The notes under the pieces: generated by a model
What the model saw: the letters and a program-made list of their open reading frames with translations, nothing else
What the model was told of the DNA's origin: nothing
Database searches by the model: none
From: Cyanobacteria bacterium P01_D01_bin.156
GTDB lineage: Bacteria > Cyanobacteriota > Cyanobacteriia > Phormidesmidales > Phormidesmidaceae
Direction of reading: 5' to 3'
Assembly (NCBI GenBank): GCA_039024555.1
Contig: JBCCQQ010000004.1
Location: forward strand, 1-64,000
DNA length: 64,000 nt
Program-made: the position numbers and the translations under genes
Part shown: positions 61,313 to 64,000 of the stretch, in pieces
Layout of the letters: every line of letters starts with the position of its first letter
Numbering within the stretch: the stretch's first letter is position 1

Positions 61313-62911
61313 CTAGCTAGCAAAAGATGCTTCAGGAGAAGCTGTATCTTCACCCTCATGCGCCTCAGCGAAGGAACCCTTGGGTTCATCCAAGAAGAAA
61401 ATACAGATAAAGGCAACAATCAATCCAGCTATGCCTAACAACTGAAAGAACTGAGCATTTACCACACTCATAACCGGCTCACCACCATTAGCCGCACTAG
61501 ACGCATCGACAAATAGCAAACGAGATGTCAAGTAAGCAACTGCACCTACGTTGCCGTAAGCACCTACGTTACCGGCAATCTGACCGGTTACACGACGCTT
61601 AACCAAAGGAACAATGGCAAATGTGGAGCCTTCAGAAGACTGTACAAAGAAGGAACAAGCCATGGTCAAAATCACGGCCAAAGGAAGTGGCCAGCTACCA
61701 TTAACCGTACTCATTAACAGATAGCCAATGCCCATACCTGCCGTAAGCACAACCATGGTCCACTTACGGCTACCCATCTTGTCGGAGATGATACCGCCAC
61801 CAGGACGAGACATCAGGTTCATAAATGCATAGCTGGCGGCAATAATACCGGCAGTTGCTTTGTCCAGACCAAATGTACCCTCGAAGAATGCGGGCAAGAT
61901 TGTTACTACCGCTAACTCGGAACCGAAGTTAACAATGTAAGTCAGTTCTAGAATAGCCACTTGCTTAAAGCGATAGCGATCCTCAGCGGAATAAACCTTA
62001 CGGCCTGCTAACAGATCCTTGTTCACACTCCAGCAGTTATATGCCTGGAACAAGTACAAACCTATGAGTACCGCAAAGGCAAGATACATTGTTCCAGTGT
62101 TCAGAAACTGTACTCGCTTCAAACGCCAAGCCAACACCATCAAAATGACAGTTAAAGGCACATTCATCAGCATCAAGAACCAGAAGTCACGCTTAGTCGT
62201 TACCTCTAGACCACGTGCACTCTGGGGGCGCTGATAGACTTTCCCAGGGGGCGTATCAGTTACATTGAAGTAGTAAAACGAACCGTAGAGGGCGGCAACA
62301 ATACCTGAACCCGCAATAGCCATTCTCCAGTTCAATACCGGAGTCTCAAACGCTGGGAAGAACAGAATCTTAAAGGATTCTGGCTCACCAAAGTTGAAAG
62401 CACCCGGTAAGAAAGATAACGCAAGACCAAAGAGGACCATGGTAAAGGCAGAGAAGGCAGACCCGAAGTTACCCCAACCACCATAAATCCCTTCTGCAGT
62501 TCCCACTTCCTTGGGAGGGAACCACTCAGCCGTCATACGGATACCGATCACAAAACCTGCACCCACAATACCCATGAGCAAACGACCAATCACAAGTTGG
62601 TTGAAACTCTGCGCAGAGGCAAAAATAATACAGGGGATCGCTGCGTAAATCAGTAACACCGAGTAGGTCAGACGAGGTCCAAAACGGTCTAACAACATAC
62701 CAATGATGATCCGTGCAGGCACTGTCAAAGCAACGTTACACAGACCAATCGTACCGGCTTGAGCAGGGGTCAAGCCAAACTCTTGAACAATTGTCGTTCT
62801 AAATGGTGGATAGTTAAACCACACCACAAACGACAGGAAAAAGGCGAACCAGGTTAAGTGCAAGATCTTATACCTGCCCTGAGTGGCCTTAGTAACTAAC
62901 TCTCCTAGCAT
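61313..62911 (-). CDS. nrtP: Nitrate/nitrite permease, NarK/NNP family MFS
   Basis: LHLTWFAFFLSFVVWFN, GIYGGWGNFGS, GNVGAYGNVGA nitrate signatures. Confidence 0.95.
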   Translation of the reverse strand: MLGELVTKATQGRYKILHLTWFAFFLSFVVWFNYPPFRTTIVQEFGLTPAQAGTIGLCNVALTVPARIIIGMLLDRFGPRLTYSVLLIYAAIPCIIFASAQSFNQLVIGRLLMGIVGAGFVIGIRMTAEWFPPKEVGTAEGIYGGWGNFGSAFSAFTMVLFGLALSFLPGAFNFGEPESFKILFFPAFETPVLNWRMAIAGSGIVAALYGSFYYFNVTDTPPGKVYQRPQSARGLEVTTKRDFWFLMLMNVPLTVILMVLAWRLKRVQFLNTGTMYLAFAVLIGLYLFQAYNCWSVNKDLLAGRKVYSAEDRYRFKQVAILELTYIVNFGSELAVVTILPAFFEGTFGLDKATAGIIAASYAFMNLMSRPGGGIISDKMGSRKWTMVVLTAGMGIGYLLMSTVNGSWPLPLAVILTMACSFFVQSSEGSTFAIVPLVKRRVTGQIAGNVGAYGNVGAVAYLTSRLLFVDASSAANGGEPVMSVVNAQFFQLLGIAGLIVAFICIFFLDEPKGSFAEAHEGEDTASPEASFAS

Positions 62912-63147
62912 CTACGCTATTCCCATAAACAGACAAACACTCTCTTACCGCTTGAGCCCGTAGACTCAAGCTAAAGAATAAACCCGAAGAAAATTGCCGG
63001 GTCACGGTATGACGAAAATTTCAACAGTGAACGACTACTTGCCCAGTTGCTGGAACACGCTTTAAACAGCATCCACAAAATGAGAAAAACTGACTAAAAT
63101 TGTTCTATCAGATGCAACTTAGCTCCTAGTGAATTCACCTTGGAGTA

Positions 63148-63240
63148 ACTTTATCGATGACCACCAGGCAGAAAAGTATTTTCTGATACCATTAGCCCAA
63201 GAGAATCCTTTTTTTGCATTATCAATTTCATATATTGCAT
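63148..63240 (-). promoter_or_regulatory. NtcA class II promoter of nrtP-narB with putative NtcB site
   Basis: Minus strand GTAtcagaaaaTAC (63176-63189), then 22 nt, then TAAAGT (-10, 63148-63153); TGCA-N5-TGAA at 63227-63239. Confidence 0.8.
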
Positions 63241-63346
63241 GTATTACTGAATACTAGCCAGAAAGTTGAGCAGGCATCAATGCAATTTGGAAACCCTATA
63301 GAATTAGGCACGTCTTTGTCCATTTATTGTTGTGGCATACCCAAAA

Positions 63347-63387
63347 ATCAAGAGGCCGCCTTCAATGTAAGAAGGCGACCTCTTGAT
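63347..63387 (-). terminator. Hairpin downstream of the small-ORF pair
   Basis: atcaagagg.cgccttc...gaaggcg.cctcttgat. Confidence 0.6.
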
Positions 63388-63462
63388 GAATAAACGGTGA
63401 GTAACATGCCCCCTTAGAAATGGGGACTTTCAAGGATCAGTCTAAGTAACTTCTGAAAAATC

Positions 63463-63672
63463 CTATTCAGCAAGGTCAGACCACAACGTAGCTTGATGGG
63501 GAATGACTACATTCACTACATTAGCAGTGTTACCGCTAACATTTGGCTGAGCCAAAGAAGCTCGTACAACAGTGTAGCCAGCAACAAACATGGCCAATGC
63601 TGCCAAGATCCCAGTTAAAGTCTTATCTAAACTAGAAGACTGGGTGGAAACTGTACGGGTTTGAGAAGACAT
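63463..63672 (-). CDS. Small single-TM hypothetical protein (69 aa)
   Basis: One hydrophobic helix; downstream hairpin; upstream GTA-N8-TAC at 63723-63736. Confidence 0.6.
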   Translation of the reverse strand: MSSQTRTVSTQSSSLDKTLTGILAALAMFVAGYTVVRASLAQPNVSGNTANVVNVVIPHQATLWSDLAE

Positions 63673-63748
63673 ATACGTAACCCTGGGCTATAACATCAGC
63701 TATAGCATCCCACAGTTATTCTGTATCGAATAATACTGTTTACGAAAT

Positions 63749-63928
63749 TTAGTCTTCGAAACTATAGCTAATGGTTTCGGATGGAAGAAATGGGCTGATA
63801 AACTGCTCGGTCAACGACATCGGTAAACCGGCATGGTGGGAAATTATGCCATGGGCCACCCCTGCAGCTAATCCGATCAAACCAGGAATAATCAAAGACT
63901 TTAGGTTATCCATTAATTCATTAGGCAT
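63749..63928 (-). CDS. Small membrane protein (59 aa), not in the ORF track
   Basis: Manual translation MPNELMDNLKSLIIPGLIGLAAGVAHGIISHHAGLPMSLTEQFISPFLPSETISYSFED*. Confidence 0.55.
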   Translation of the reverse strand: MPNELMDNLKSLIIPGLIGLAAGVAHGIISHHAGLPMSLTEQFISPFLPSETISYSFED

Positions 63929-64000
63929 GCTTGAGTTAAGCTCATCATGCCCAGCTCCTCACCCTCATTCTGTAGCACTGCTAACGGCATGCAAAAACCG

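Noticed and set aside
1..64000. CRISPR arrays, tRNA/rRNA genes, transposases, integrases
   Set aside because: None recognised by eye; no regularly spaced repeat-spacer structure.

Overview
Cyanobacterial chromosome window. About 28 HIP1 octamers (GCGATCGC), xisHI and NtcA boxes point to cyanobacteria; the gene content, and nrtP beside narB, suggest a Leptolyngbyaceae-like and possibly marine strain (inference). Most of it is housekeeping or metabolic: purM, rlpA, panC-cmk, yebC, glk, cofH, ilvN, a four-gene tocopherol cluster (vte1-hppD / vte4-hpt) flanked by CrtI-like and PDS-like flavoproteins, a NatF/G/H-type amino-acid ABC transporter and nrtP-narB with a canonical NtcA promoter. The most interesting signals that the ORF track does not explain are: (1) an unannotated 52-aa double-glycine-leader precursor peptide at 26138-26296 (-) with an 18-aa amphipathic cationic core and no processing genes nearby; (2) a ~200-nt highly structured non-coding element between panC-cmk and yebC; (3) a catalytically dead orthocaspase heading an MFS-HEAT / cNMP-binding / DedA gene run; (4) a ~5-kb island of secreted proteins with an M48 peptidase; (5) small membrane-protein ORFs with NtcA-like boxes upstream of nrtP. 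All protein calls come from motif recognition by eye, with no database searches.
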